Source of the DNA: a virus
Taxonomy: Duplodnaviria; Heunggongvirae; Uroviricota; Caudoviricetes
Virus record (IMG/VR): IMGVR_UViG_3300031555_003801
Location: 64,001-128,000 of that record
DNA length: 64,000 bases
Reading direction: 5' to 3' (one strand)
Both the position numbers and the translations under genes were made by a program. The notes under the pieces were generated by a model. The model saw only the letters and a program-made list of their open reading frames with translations, made no database searches and was not told where the DNA came from. Positions 1-8,426 of this stretch are shown piece after piece; the stretch's first letter is position 1; every line of letters begins with the position of its first letter.

Positions 1-1
1 C

Positions 2-502
2 TTTGGAGTTTATTTCACTCCTGCGGAAAATCTTTGCTATACAGCTATGAAAAAGTTCAAAGCTAAATATGGTGAATTAAAAAATATTTCTGATAGAGAT
101 TACTTTACAAATAGTATGCATGTGCCGGTTTGGCATCAGATGAGTCCATTTGAAAAAATTGATATTGAAAGTGAATTGACAGGATATTCTTCTGCTGGAT
201 GCATTACTTATGTAGAACTTGATAGTAGCGTTCAAACAAATTTAAAGGCACTAGAACAAATTGTAAATTATGCTATGGATAAGGATATTCCTTATTTAGC
301 AATTAATATCCCTAATGATACTTGTCTTGATTGCGGATATACAGGAGAATTTAATGATTATTGTCCTATGTGTGCAAGCAAAAATATTCAGCAATTACGC
401 AGAGTTACTGGTTATTTAACTGGTGATTATAAAACTGCTTTTAATAATGGCAAACAAGCAGAGGTAGAAGATAGAGTAAAACATGTGGGGGTATTAGAAT
501 AA
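2..502 (+). CDS. nrdD: Anaerobic ribonucleoside-triphosphate reductase large subunit, C-terminal part (5' end outside window)
   Basis: The frame is open from base 2 (FGVYFTPAENLC). It carries the zinc ribbon CLDC..CPMC and the glycyl-radical motif RRVTGYL..FNNGKQAEV..RVKH. Confidence 0.95.
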   Translation, partial: FGVYFTPAENLCYTAMKKFKAKYGELKNISDRDYFTNSMHVPVWHQMSPFEKIDIESELTGYSSAGCITYVELDSSVQTNLKALEQIVNYAMDKDIPYLAINIPNDTCLDCGYTGEFNDYCPMCASKNIQQLRRVTGYLTGDYKTAFNNGKQAEVEDRVKHVGVLE

Positions 503-747
503 TGATGAAATATTATAAAACTCGTCCTTGTATTATTTAGGCTATGGAATGGACAGGAAATAATATTGGGGAAATTAAACGATATGGTGGCGATCAAATC
601 GATATTTCTTCTGGAATTCCAATTATTCATACTTTAGAAGGAGATATGACTGCTAGCATTGGAGATTTTATTATTCTTGGTTTACGAGGAGAATTTTATC
701 CTTGTAAACCAGATGTATTCCATAAAAAATATGAGGAGTGTATATAA
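502..747 (+). CDS. Conserved phage protein of the (K)KPVxIxA-WTG / TLEG-PCKPD-F type; TAG read as Gln at codon 13
   Basis: ATG overlaps the nrdD stop (TAATG). Reads MMKYYKTRPCII*AMEWTG...HTLEGDM..GDFII..GEFYPCKPDVF, with in-frame TAG at 538-540. Confidence 0.8.
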
Positions 748-750
748 TTT

Positions 751-1161
751 ATGTATTATTTAATTCAATTTACTTGGGGTTTACCTTTAAATATTATTGG
801 GTTTATTGTTTATATAATATTATCTAAAATTTGTAAATTTTGGAGTTATAAATATAGAAAAGCTTTTTATGTAGTAGTTCCTTGGAATTTTGGTGGAGTT
901 AGTTTAGGAATGTTTATTATCCATGGAGAAAAGAATTATGATTTAAGAGTTCACGAATATGGACATTCAATACAAAATTTAATGTGGGGATGGTTAATGC
1001 CAGTTGTTATTGCTATACCTTCAGCTATTAGATATTGGTATAGAAAGTTTTTAATTAAAATAGGAAAAACTTTAAAAACTTCATATTATGACATATGGTT
1101 TGAAAAACAAGCAACTGAATTAGGAACTAGAGCAAGCAAAAATGAATGGAGTTGGATATAA
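751..1161 (+). CDS. Small membrane protein with HExxH zinc-binding motif (putative metallopeptidase)
   Basis: Hydrophobic N-terminus, RVHEYGHSIQ motif, and a second hydrophobic segment. Confidence 0.6.
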   Translation: MYYLIQFTWGLPLNIIGFIVYIILSKICKFWSYKYRKAFYVVVPWNFGGVSLGMFIIHGEKNYDLRVHEYGHSIQNLMWGWLMPVVIAIPSAIRYWYRKFLIKIGKTLKTSYYDIWFEKQATELGTRASKNEWSWI

Positions 1162-1637
1162 TGCGTTACGCAGGAATTATTAAAAATGATTTAGCGGCAG
1201 CTCCTGGAGTATGTTTAACTTTCTTTACTTAGGGTTGTTCAAGACATTGTCCAGATTGCCATAATCCGCAAACTTGGGATTTTTGTGGGGGAAAAGAATT
1301 TACACAGGATGTATTAGATACTATTATTGATAATCTTTATGCTAATGGAATTAAAAGAACATTTTGTGTTATGGGAGGAGAACCGCTAGATCCAGAAAAT
1401 ATATTTTTAACTGATTTAGTTATATCAAATGTAAAGGAAGCTCTTCCCGATGTAGAAATATATCTTTGGACTGGATATAAATATGAAACATTACAACATC
1501 GTTCTGAAGCAAGATTAAAATCTATTTTAGATAAAGTAAATGTTTTAATAGATGGTGAATATATAAAAGAATTACGAGATATAACTCAACCAATGATTGG
1601 TTCTACTAATCAAAGAATTTTGACTTTAAATAGATAA
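1161..1637 (+). CDS. nrdG: Anaerobic ribonucleotide reductase activase (radical SAM); TAG read as Gln at codon 24
   Basis: Reads MRYAGIIKND..GVCLTFFT*GCSRHCPDCHNPQTWD (CxxxCxxC), then MGGEPL and VLIDGEY..GSTNQR. The TAG at 1230-1232 falls on the conserved Q of QGC. Confidence 0.95.
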
Positions 1638-1648
1638 TATGTTATAAT
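1620..1648 (+). promoter_or_regulatory. sigmaA/sigma70-type promoter with extended -10
   Basis: TTGACT (1620-1625), 17-nt spacer ending TGT, TATAAT (1643-1648), 24 nt before the ATG at 1672. Confidence 0.85.
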
Positions 1649-1671
1649 AAAAATAAAAAAGAAGGTTAAAA

Positions 1672-2250
1672 ATGAATACTGAATTTAATAATTTAAAAGT
1701 TAAGTATACTTTTAATCATCATCATGATTTATATAAACATTTGAATGAATTTCAATTGGGAGAATTATTGTATGATGTAGAATTAGACTAGATGTTTATG
1801 GTTGGAGAAAATGGTTTAATGCAAATTCCAGAAAACTTTTTAGAATACATGGATGAAACTATTGGTTCTTTGAAGAAAGTTGAAGGCGGTGTTACAATGA
1901 GCATGTATGAAATGAATCAACAAATCATTTCTCAATTACCAACTCATAATGAAGAACAAATTAAAGAAGATATTAAAATTATTAATGAGTTCCAAAAGAA
2001 ACACGAAACAAAATATTTTATGCTTCTTTGTAAAGAAATTTCTTATTTTACAGGATTTATTAAAGAATTTACTTCTTTAGAATCATTGGGTGAGGTAGTT
2101 ATTGATTGCGTAAAAGCTGTTGGAGAAATTAAAGATATTGATTCTAGCGATCCAATTTATTTAGATATTTGGGTAACTACAAAAAGTAGAGAAACTCATT
2201 GTATGCATTTATTTGATTTCCAATATGGAGTAGTAGAATTTGGAGGTTAA
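1672..2250 (+). CDS. Hypothetical phage protein; one TAG (codon 40)
   Basis: ATG at 1672 follows GAAGG and is in frame with track ORF 1792..2250 through TAG 1789-1791. Confidence 0.7.
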
Positions 2251-2253
2251 TAT

Positions 2254-2517
2254 ATGAGAGACGGAATAATCTGTCATTTTAATCTTTTTCATTATCGCCA
2301 AGAAATTTTAGAAGTTAAAGATGATAAAATTACTAGTATTGGTAAAGTAGAAACTATTAAAGTTGGTGAATTAATTAGTAAATATTGTTTAGAAAATAAC
2401 ATTAATTATATTCATCTTTATGGCGAAAATTCTTTTTTAAAAAGAATAATTAAAGATATTGACAAATATACTAAAAATTTATATAGTGAAAATAAAATTG
2501 AAATCGAGGTAAATTAA
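2254..2517 (+). CDS. Hypothetical protein
   Basis: Complete ORF after GGAGG, tightly packed in the operon. Confidence 0.7.
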   Translation: MRDGIICHFNLFHYRQEILEVKDDKITSIGKVETIKVGELISKYCLENNINYIHLYGENSFLKRIIKDIDKYTKNLYSENKIEIEVN

Positions 2518-2519
2518 TA

Positions 2520-2768
2520 ATGGCAAAATATTTAATTACAACAACAGAAACATATAGAGTTGATACAGAAGAAGAAGCTGCTCGTTTAATCGAAGAAGCT
2601 AAAAACGATAATTCATATACTCTTGCTAAATATAGCAGCGTCCATAAGGAAAGAAAACAAAAGGGTCAGATTATTGATGAATATGAAAAGGTTTCTTTAA
2701 CAAAAGTTTTCAATGATGAAAAAGAACCTTATTCAAATGTAGAAATTAAATATGGAGTAGAATTTTAA
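2520..2768 (+). CDS. Hypothetical phage protein
   Basis: Complete ORF with GAGG RBS; the stop overlaps the dut start. Confidence 0.75.
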   Translation: MAKYLITTTETYRVDTEEEAARLIEEAKNDNSYTLAKYSSVHKERKQKGQIIDEYEKVSLTKVFNDEKEPYSNVEIKYGVEF

Positions 2769-3298
2769 TGGCAAAGTTTGAAAAAGTAAGTAAATATTCC
2801 AATAGTGAAATAAATATGCCGGTGCGAAAAACAGCACGTTCCGCAGGTTATGATTTTGAAGTAGCAGAAGATATTATAATTGAGCCTTATTCTCATTTAA
2901 AATTAATTATGGAAAATGCTACTCCATATCAACCTTATCCATTATCTGAAATTGCAAAAATGACAAAAGCAAAAAATACTAAACCAACTCTTGTTCCTAC
3001 TGGAATGAAATGTCAGTTAGCTGATGATGAATATTTAGAATTAAGTATTCGTAGCTCTGGACCATTAAAGCATTGGTTAATGTTAGCAAATAGTGTTGGT
3101 ATTATTGATGCTGATTATTACAATAATCCAGATAACGAAGGCCATATTTATTTCCAAGTTATTAATTTATCTCCTACCCCTATTCAGTTAAAGAAAGGCG
3201 ATATCATTGGTCAGGGTATTATTCATAAGTATATTACCACTGAAGATGATTGTGCAAATGGGGAGCGCAAAGGAGGCTTTGGGTCTACAAGTGAGTAA
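2768..3298 (+). CDS. dut: Trimeric dUTPase
   Basis: Five dUTPase motifs: SAGYDF, IRSSG, GIIDADYY, GQGI, RKGGFGST. Confidence 0.95.
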   Translation: MAKFEKVSKYSNSEINMPVRKTARSAGYDFEVAEDIIIEPYSHLKLIMENATPYQPYPLSEIAKMTKAKNTKPTLVPTGMKCQLADDEYLELSIRSSGPLKHWLMLANSVGIIDADYYNNPDNEGHIYFQVINLSPTPIQLKKGDIIGQGIIHKYITTEDDCANGERKGGFGSTSE

Positions 3299-3782
3299 TA
3301 TATTAGCACTCGACTAGAGCAGTAGAACAAGCGGTTATGCTATATTCAAAAATGAAGAATTATTTGATTATGGACATTTTACATTTGAAGATATAAACAT
3401 GGGTGTAAGATTACATAAAATTAAAAATAAAATAAAATCTTTGATTGATGAATATGATATAGATGAAGTAATTTTTGAAGATATATATATGGATGGGCAA
3501 CGCGTTAATAATGTACAAACTTTTAAAGTTTTAGCAGAGGTGTTCGGGGTAGTCTATGAACTGGTAACCGATTTGGGCTTGCCGAATACAGCAGTTTTAG
3601 CTGGAACCTGGAAGTCAACACTTAATATAAAAGGGACTGCTAGAGCCGAACAAAAACGCAATGCCCAGACATATGTATTAAATACATATAATAAAAAAGC
3701 CACACAAGATGAATGTGATGCAATTTGTATAGGAGCTCATTTAATAAAACAAAAGAACTCTTCATTTAATTGGACAGATTAA
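3291..3782 (+). CDS. RuvC-like Holliday junction resolvase; TAG read as Gln at codon 9
   Basis: GTG start after AGGAGG. Reads MSNILALD*SSRTSGYAIF, VIFEDIY, W(K)..L..KG..RAEQK, DECDAICIG. TAG at 3315-3317. Confidence 0.85.
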
Positions 3783-3842
3783 AGAAATTTTCCATTCCCG
3801 TTCTTTAATATTTATAGATAATTTAAAAAGGGAGTGGACATT

Positions 3843-4280
3843 ATGGATTTTTTTACTGCCCACATGTGGGAAATCTTTTTTGGTTTAGTGGCTGCCGGCG
3901 CACTCGCTTTTTGTAAATATTTACATAGCTAGCTAAAAAATTATCAAAAACTTCTAGAAGAAAAAGATAATGCTGAATTACGCAAGATTATTTTAGATGA
4001 ATTAGAGCCAATAGTGGAAGAAATGCACAGACTTGAAAAGCGTTTAAAAGCTTGCGAAGACAAAGAACATTAGGATATAGATTTAATTTTATAGTCCTAT
4101 AAATTTAGATTAATTCAATTATGTAAAACATATTTACGTCAACGGTATATGACTTAGGCGCAATATGACCAATTAACTGAATTCTTTAAATTATATGCAG
4201 GTTTAGGTGGAAATGGTCAAGCGGCAGAATACTATGAAAAGGCTGTTGCTCTTCCAGTTGAGGAACATCCAGAAAATTAA
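3843..4280 (+). CDS. Membrane-anchored phage protein with Y..LGGNG motif (holin-like / lysis-associated family); 4 TAG; absent from ORF track
   Basis: GGGAG RBS, N-terminal transmembrane segment (WEIFFGLVAAGALAF), coiled coil, and C-terminal YAGLGGNGQAAEYYEKAVALP. TAG at 3930, 4071, 4092 and 4155; TAA at 4278. Confidence 0.65.
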
Positions 4281-4320
4281 AAATAAGGGTAATAGATTTT
4301 TATATCTATTACCCTTATTT
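4281..4320. terminator. Bidirectional intrinsic terminator
   Basis: Perfect 17-bp inverted repeat AAATAAGGGTAATAGAT / ATCTATTACCCTTATTT between converging genes. Confidence 0.9.
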
Positions 4321-4635
4321 TACTTTATATACCATATTAAAAAATAATTTGTTCGTGATATCAATTATTTCTTGTCCATATATAGCTATCAAGTCTGCTA
4401 TCACCTCTTCTTCTTCATAGCTTAATTGAACATTATAACTAAACATTGCGGCATGGACTATTTCATGACATAATACTCTCTTAAACTTATAGTCTGATAA
4501 ATCTGCCGCAATGAAAATAGTTTTTAATTTGTCGTCACAACATCCTAGTGTATAAAAACCTTCTCTGGTCCGCAAACTAGGATGAAAAGGAGAGACTAGT
4601 TCGACAAACCAAGTCTCTCCATTAATCTTAAACAA
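4315..4635 (-). CDS. Island gene F: HExxH zinc metallopeptidase-like protein (ImmA/IrrE-like)
   Basis: Likely TTG start overlapping the upstream stop (MFKINGETW). Contains GCCDDKLKTIFI..VLCHEIVHAAMF. Confidence 0.7.
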   Translation of the reverse strand: MFKINGETWFVELVSPFHPSLRTREGFYTLGCCDDKLKTIFIAADLSDYKFKRVLCHEIVHAAMFSYNVQLSYEEEEVIADLIAIYGQEIIDITNKLFFNMVYKVK

Positions 4636-5206
4636 TTTTCTATGCCAAAGTTGAAATTTTTTGTTGAAGTAATTGTTTTTCTTCTGGAGAGGCTCCTTCA
4701 ATCATTTCAGTTATATCATAGCTTAATTCTGCCATATAATTTTCTAAATCGCGCATTTTGACTGTTTTATCACTGTGCATCTTCTTGTGCTCCATATACA
4801 TTCTACGACTCATATCGCTACGACTACCATTTTCAGAATACTGACTATGATTATTATTATTTCCAGAAGAAGACTAAACGGTTTCATTGTAGTAACTTTT
4901 TTGGCCTCCATTGCCGTTTTCAGAATATTGTCTAGTTCCTTCGTATTGTCTGTTATAGCCTAAGTATGGTTCTCTTTCGTGGTAGTACATATCTCCACGT
5001 CTTTCTTGATAGTAGGCGATGGGTTCTTCTTCTTTTTTCTTCATAGCCTCTGTGATAGTACAGTAATAAATTGCTTCTTCGAGATCTTTAATCATATCAA
5101 CTACTTCACCAAGTTCTTTGGCATCTACATTATTAAGATGGCCAAGCTGACCTTCAACTTGGGTCATCAACATTTCTTTTGTATGTTTTAATCTTTCAAT
5201 TGACAT
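4628..5206 (-). CDS. Island gene E: conserved helical phage protein of unknown function; 2 TAG
   Basis: AAGGAGG RBS. Reads MSIERLKH..ELGEVVDMIKDLEEAIYY...YMAELSYDITEMIEGASPEEKQLL. TAG at 4874 and 4640; TAA at 4628. Confidence 0.8.
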
Positions 5207-5219
5207 TTCCGCACCTCCT

Positions 5220-5639
5220 TTAAGCCACTCTTTCAACAATTAAGTTAGCATTTTGAACATCTACTGCTTGAGTGCTTATATTTTTAACACTAACTGTCAT
5301 GCAGCAATTACGAGGTACGTCTAAAAATACCGCACTAAATACATTAAAGAATTCTTCTACTGCGGCAGGAGTCACAATCATAGTTGTGGAAGGAACTGCT
5401 TCCCCTTCAATGGCAATTGCTAATGAAATAGCTTCAACAGTTCCTCCTGTTGGAATTGCGATATTACCACCAAAGCTGACTCTATAACGAGCACGACATT
5501 GAGTAGTATTTCCTTTAAGGGTTACTAACCCACTGCCGGTTCTGTGAATCATTGAGCAATTTCCACAAACAACTGTGTCTGTAAATAATACATTCTAATT
5601 ACTTTCCACTGTTTGTAGAGCATTTGCGATAATTTCCAT
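5220..5639 (-). CDS. Island gene D: beta-sandwich protein resembling a BclA-CTD/C1q-like domain; TAG at codon 15
   Basis: AAGGAGG RBS. Reads MEIIANALQTVESN*NVLFTDT..HRTGSGLVTLKG..RYRVSFGGNIAIP..NANLIVERVA. Confidence 0.7.
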
Positions 5640-5653
5640 AAACTCCCCTCCTT

Positions 5654-6349
5654 TTAGCATCCGCCACAATTGTTGTAATTATAATTTGCGAAAGGATTTG
5701 GTACAGTGTAAGCTGGAACAGGATATTTAGGTCCTAATTCATTTACAAGGTACGCATTTTGTGCTTGCTGAGAAGCAGCGAATTTTAATGTTTGATTTTC
5801 AGCAGTTAATGCAGCAATCTTATCTTGAGTTAAGAAATCTAAAATTCCCTTAGTAGCATCTGTTACTGCCTGACGAGTCTGACATTCCTGAGTAGCTAAG
5901 TTATATCCAAGATCTGCAAATCCTCTTTCAATCGCGCGCTGAGTTTCACAGCAGCAAGCTGCATTGTCAGCGGCCATTCCAGCAAGCTGACCCATAAGAG
6001 CATTAGTGCTAGCGTTCATACCTGCTGTTATTCCAGCGAATCCTTGACATAAGGAATTCTGAACACCAGAGAATCCATTTAACATACTTGTATTCATAGC
6101 ATAGAATCCATCACAAAGACCTTGCTGAATACCTCTAATACCATTTGATAATCCATTCATATCGAAGCCGTAGGAAACTTCTTCTCTAACAGTTCCATTT
6201 CCTCCGTTGCCATATCCATTACCCCATCCACCTGCGAATAAGAATAATAAGATAATCCACCATGCGCCATCTCCGCCCCAGCCATTGTTGTTATTGCCAG
6301 TAGCAGCAGCGATATCAGCTAAAGAATAGCATCCTCCATTGTTAAACAT
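5654..6349 (-). CDS. Island gene C: conserved phage protein with Gly-rich transmembrane N-terminus, Gln/Asn/Ala-rich coiled coil, CCC motif and Cys-rich tail
   Basis: Contains SLADIAAATG..GWGGDGAWWIILLFLFAGGWG, ACCCETQRAI and PVPAYTVPNPF..NNCGGC. No TAG among 14 Gln codons. Confidence 0.85.
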   Translation of the reverse strand: MFNNGGCYSLADIAAATGNNNNGWGGDGAWWIILLFLFAGGWGNGYGNGGNGTVREEVSYGFDMNGLSNGIRGIQQGLCDGFYAMNTSMLNGFSGVQNSLCQGFAGITAGMNASTNALMGQLAGMAADNAACCCETQRAIERGFADLGYNLATQECQTRQAVTDATKGILDFLTQDKIAALTAENQTLKFAASQQAQNAYLVNELGPKYPVPAYTVPNPFANYNYNNCGGC

Positions 6350-6378
6350 AATTTTTACCTCCCTTTAAATTAAATTTT

Positions 6379-6624
6379 TTATTTTAAACCAAGAAAGTTT
6401 TTAAATTGAGAGAATTCTAAATCAAAATTTCTACCATTTTGCGCATACATATTGCGCACAATTCTCTCTATATCGGCGCCTTTTCCTTCCTTGGCTAAAA
6501 GCAATAAGTTGTCACCCATAGGCGTTCCGCCCATTCGTTGTTCTAAAATTCCCATCAATAATTGTTGTGGGTTCTATCCATTTTGGATTGCTTGTATTAA
6601 CATTCTAGGATCTACATTATACAT
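6379..6624 (-). CDS. Island gene B: small helical protein (GQNPQQL family); TAG at codon 17; absent from ORF track
   Basis: GGGAGG RBS. Reads MYNVDPRMLIQAIQNG*NPQQLLMGIL..DIERIVRNM..FDLEFSQFKNFLGLK-TAA. Confidence 0.8.
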
Positions 6625-6642
6625 TACTATTTACCTCCCTAA

Positions 6643-7029
6643 TTAGAAATTATAAACCGGCGTTTGCGCAACTGGCATCTATATTTCTTCTCTTGGCTAT
6701 GGTTGCGCGTTTAGTATACTTCTAATCTCTTCTAATGCAGAATTGAACTCCTATCGTGTTACATATCCAGGATCGGCCATTGAAATCTCTTTGTATTCAT
6801 ATACATTCAAAGAAGAAGTTCCATCCATATTAATTTGTTTAGTATATATTCTTCTATTAGCTATATCCGGGAAGAAGAATATACTACCATCAAAATCAAT
6901 GGATGCGGCGCGAGCTTCTTCTAAGGAAGAAACGGGACGACCCTTTAAATTCGGCGTTACAACTGCGGGAGCTCTAAGCTAAGCCGCAGCCTAAGGATTA
7001 AAGTACCCATTATAACTGTTTTGATACAT
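6643..7029 (-). CDS. Island gene A: conserved phage protein (GRPVSSLEEARA..DFDGS family); 5 TAG; absent from ORF track
   Basis: AAAGGA RBS. Reads MYQNSYNGYFNP*AAA*..LKGRPVSSLEEARAASIDFDGSIFFFPDIANRRIYTKQINMDGT. TAG at 6991, 6979, 6751, 6697 and 6679. Confidence 0.8.
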
Positions 7030-7115
7030 TTAAATAACCATCCTTTCTGAAAAATTTTTTTTCCTTTCTTTCATAGTTATATGAAAATTAATAGTGATAA
7101 ATAAATCTTTCACAC

Positions 7116-7226
7116 TCACAATTTTTTTGGGTAATTTTCCACATTCTCAAATCTTAAAAAATTTTTCAAATTCACAATTTTTTATTAAAATTTTTCATTC
7201 TCAAAATTAAATAATTTTTCCACAAA
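7116..7226. repeat. Imperfect ~55-bp tandem duplication in the divergent intergenic region
   Basis: TCACAATTTTT at 7116 and 7172; CATTCTCAAA at 7142 and 7196; TTTTCCACA at 7135 and 7216. Confidence 0.55.
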
Positions 7227-7227
7227 A

Positions 7228-7256
7228 TTGATTTTTATAAAAATTTTTGATATAAT
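7228..7256 (+). promoter_or_regulatory. sigmaA-type promoter of the LytTR regulator gene
   Basis: TTGATT, 17-nt spacer ending TGA, TATAAT; followed by AAAAGGAGG and ATG at 7280. Confidence 0.8.
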
Positions 7257-7279
7257 AAAATAAAAAGGAGGTTTTTATT

Positions 7280-7987
7280 ATGTTAACTGCCGCGATATAT
7301 AGCAGCGATGTTGAAAGCGTAAAAACTATTAAGGAGACAATCCAGAATTTAATTATTGAAAATAATTTATTTGCAAAAATTTCTATTTTTGAAAATAAAG
7401 AAGAACTTTTAACTACTCCAAATAGTTTTGATGTGTATTTAATGGATATTGACGAAGAAGATGACATATTAGATTTAACAAATGAAATGCTTCAAATTGA
7501 TAGCGGAGCATCAACTATTTTATTTAGCCATAATATTGAAAAAGGATATATAGCTTCTGAAAAAGGTGTAGATTATTTTCTTTTAAAACCAATTAAACCT
7601 GAAGCATTAACAGTTATTTTAAAAAAGATTAAAAATAGAATTAAGATAGAAAGTATTGTTATTAAAACTAATCAAGGCGAAAGAAGAATTAAAACAAATA
7701 ATTTAAATTATATAAACATTGAAAGCAGATGTTTATGTTATCATTTAAAGGATGGCTCTTTATTAGATGGAACAACTTTAAGAACTAATTTTAAAGATGC
7801 AGTTCAACCTTTATTAATTAAAGAAATGTTATATATGGTTGGTAATAGTATATTAGTAAATTTAGAAGAAATAAAAATTCTTCATAAAGATCATATTGTA
7901 TTTTTTAATGATGAAGTTTTATATTATCCAAAAACGCATTGGGAAAATTTAAATATCGCTTGGAAAGAATATTTGGAAGTAGAATAA
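7280..7987 (+). CDS. LytTR/AgrA-family response regulator (receiver plus LytTR domain), degenerate
   Basis: Receiver features YLMDID, ILFS and LLKPI. The C-terminal part has LytTR layout (IVIKT..RRI..L.YI.IESR.L.YHL..G...S.LVNL). No TAG. Confidence 0.8.
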   Translation: MLTAAIYSSDVESVKTIKETIQNLIIENNLFAKISIFENKEELLTTPNSFDVYLMDIDEEDDILDLTNEMLQIDSGASTILFSHNIEKGYIASEKGVDYFLLKPIKPEALTVILKKIKNRIKIESIVIKTNQGERRIKTNNLNYINIESRCLCYHLKDGSLLDGTTLRTNFKDAVQPLLIKEMLYMVGNSILVNLEEIKILHKDHIVFFNDEVLYYPKTHWENLNIAWKEYLEVE

Positions 7988-8029
7988 AAAAAATAGGGTT
8001 ATGTAATTTCTTACATAACCCTATTTTTT
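7988..8029. terminator. Bidirectional intrinsic terminator
   Basis: Inverted repeat AAAATAGGGTTATGTAA / TTACATAACCCTATTTT between converging genes. Confidence 0.9.
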
Positions 8030-8414
8030 ATTTGTTAGAATTAACTTCTGCTTCAATTGATTGCATTAAGAATGTTTCAAAATCTCCAACAGCTTCAGTT
8101 AAATAATCTACCATATCTACGCTAATAATTTCCATTACAGCAGTATAAGTTTTTTCAAAAGCAACTTTTTGTGCTTCTGCATCAAATTTATTTTCTTTCT
8201 TTAAACTTTCAACATAAGTCTAATTAGTAGCAATTACACACTTTGTAATTGTTTCTGTTAGCATAGATAAATATTTATTTAAAATTTCATTATCATTTTT
8301 AATTTTTATTTCTTCTGATTTAGCATTAATCCATTTTACAGCATAAATAGTTAACGCTCCTAATAATGGAATAATTACTAATTCAAAAATTTGAGTTAAT
8401 AATTCAACGTTCAT
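8028..8414 (-). CDS. Putative holin (LL-H-like family); TAG at codon 65
   Basis: N-terminal transmembrane helix (IFELVIIPLLGALTIYAV) and CVIATN*TYVESLKKENKFDAEAQKVAF. TAG at 8220. Confidence 0.7.
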
Positions 8415-8426
8415 ATTATTCCTCCA

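Noticed and set aside
7100-7230. Firm call of a replication origin
   Set aside because: Only two DnaA-box-like 9-mers in very AT-rich DNA. Kept only as an alternative reading of the repeats.
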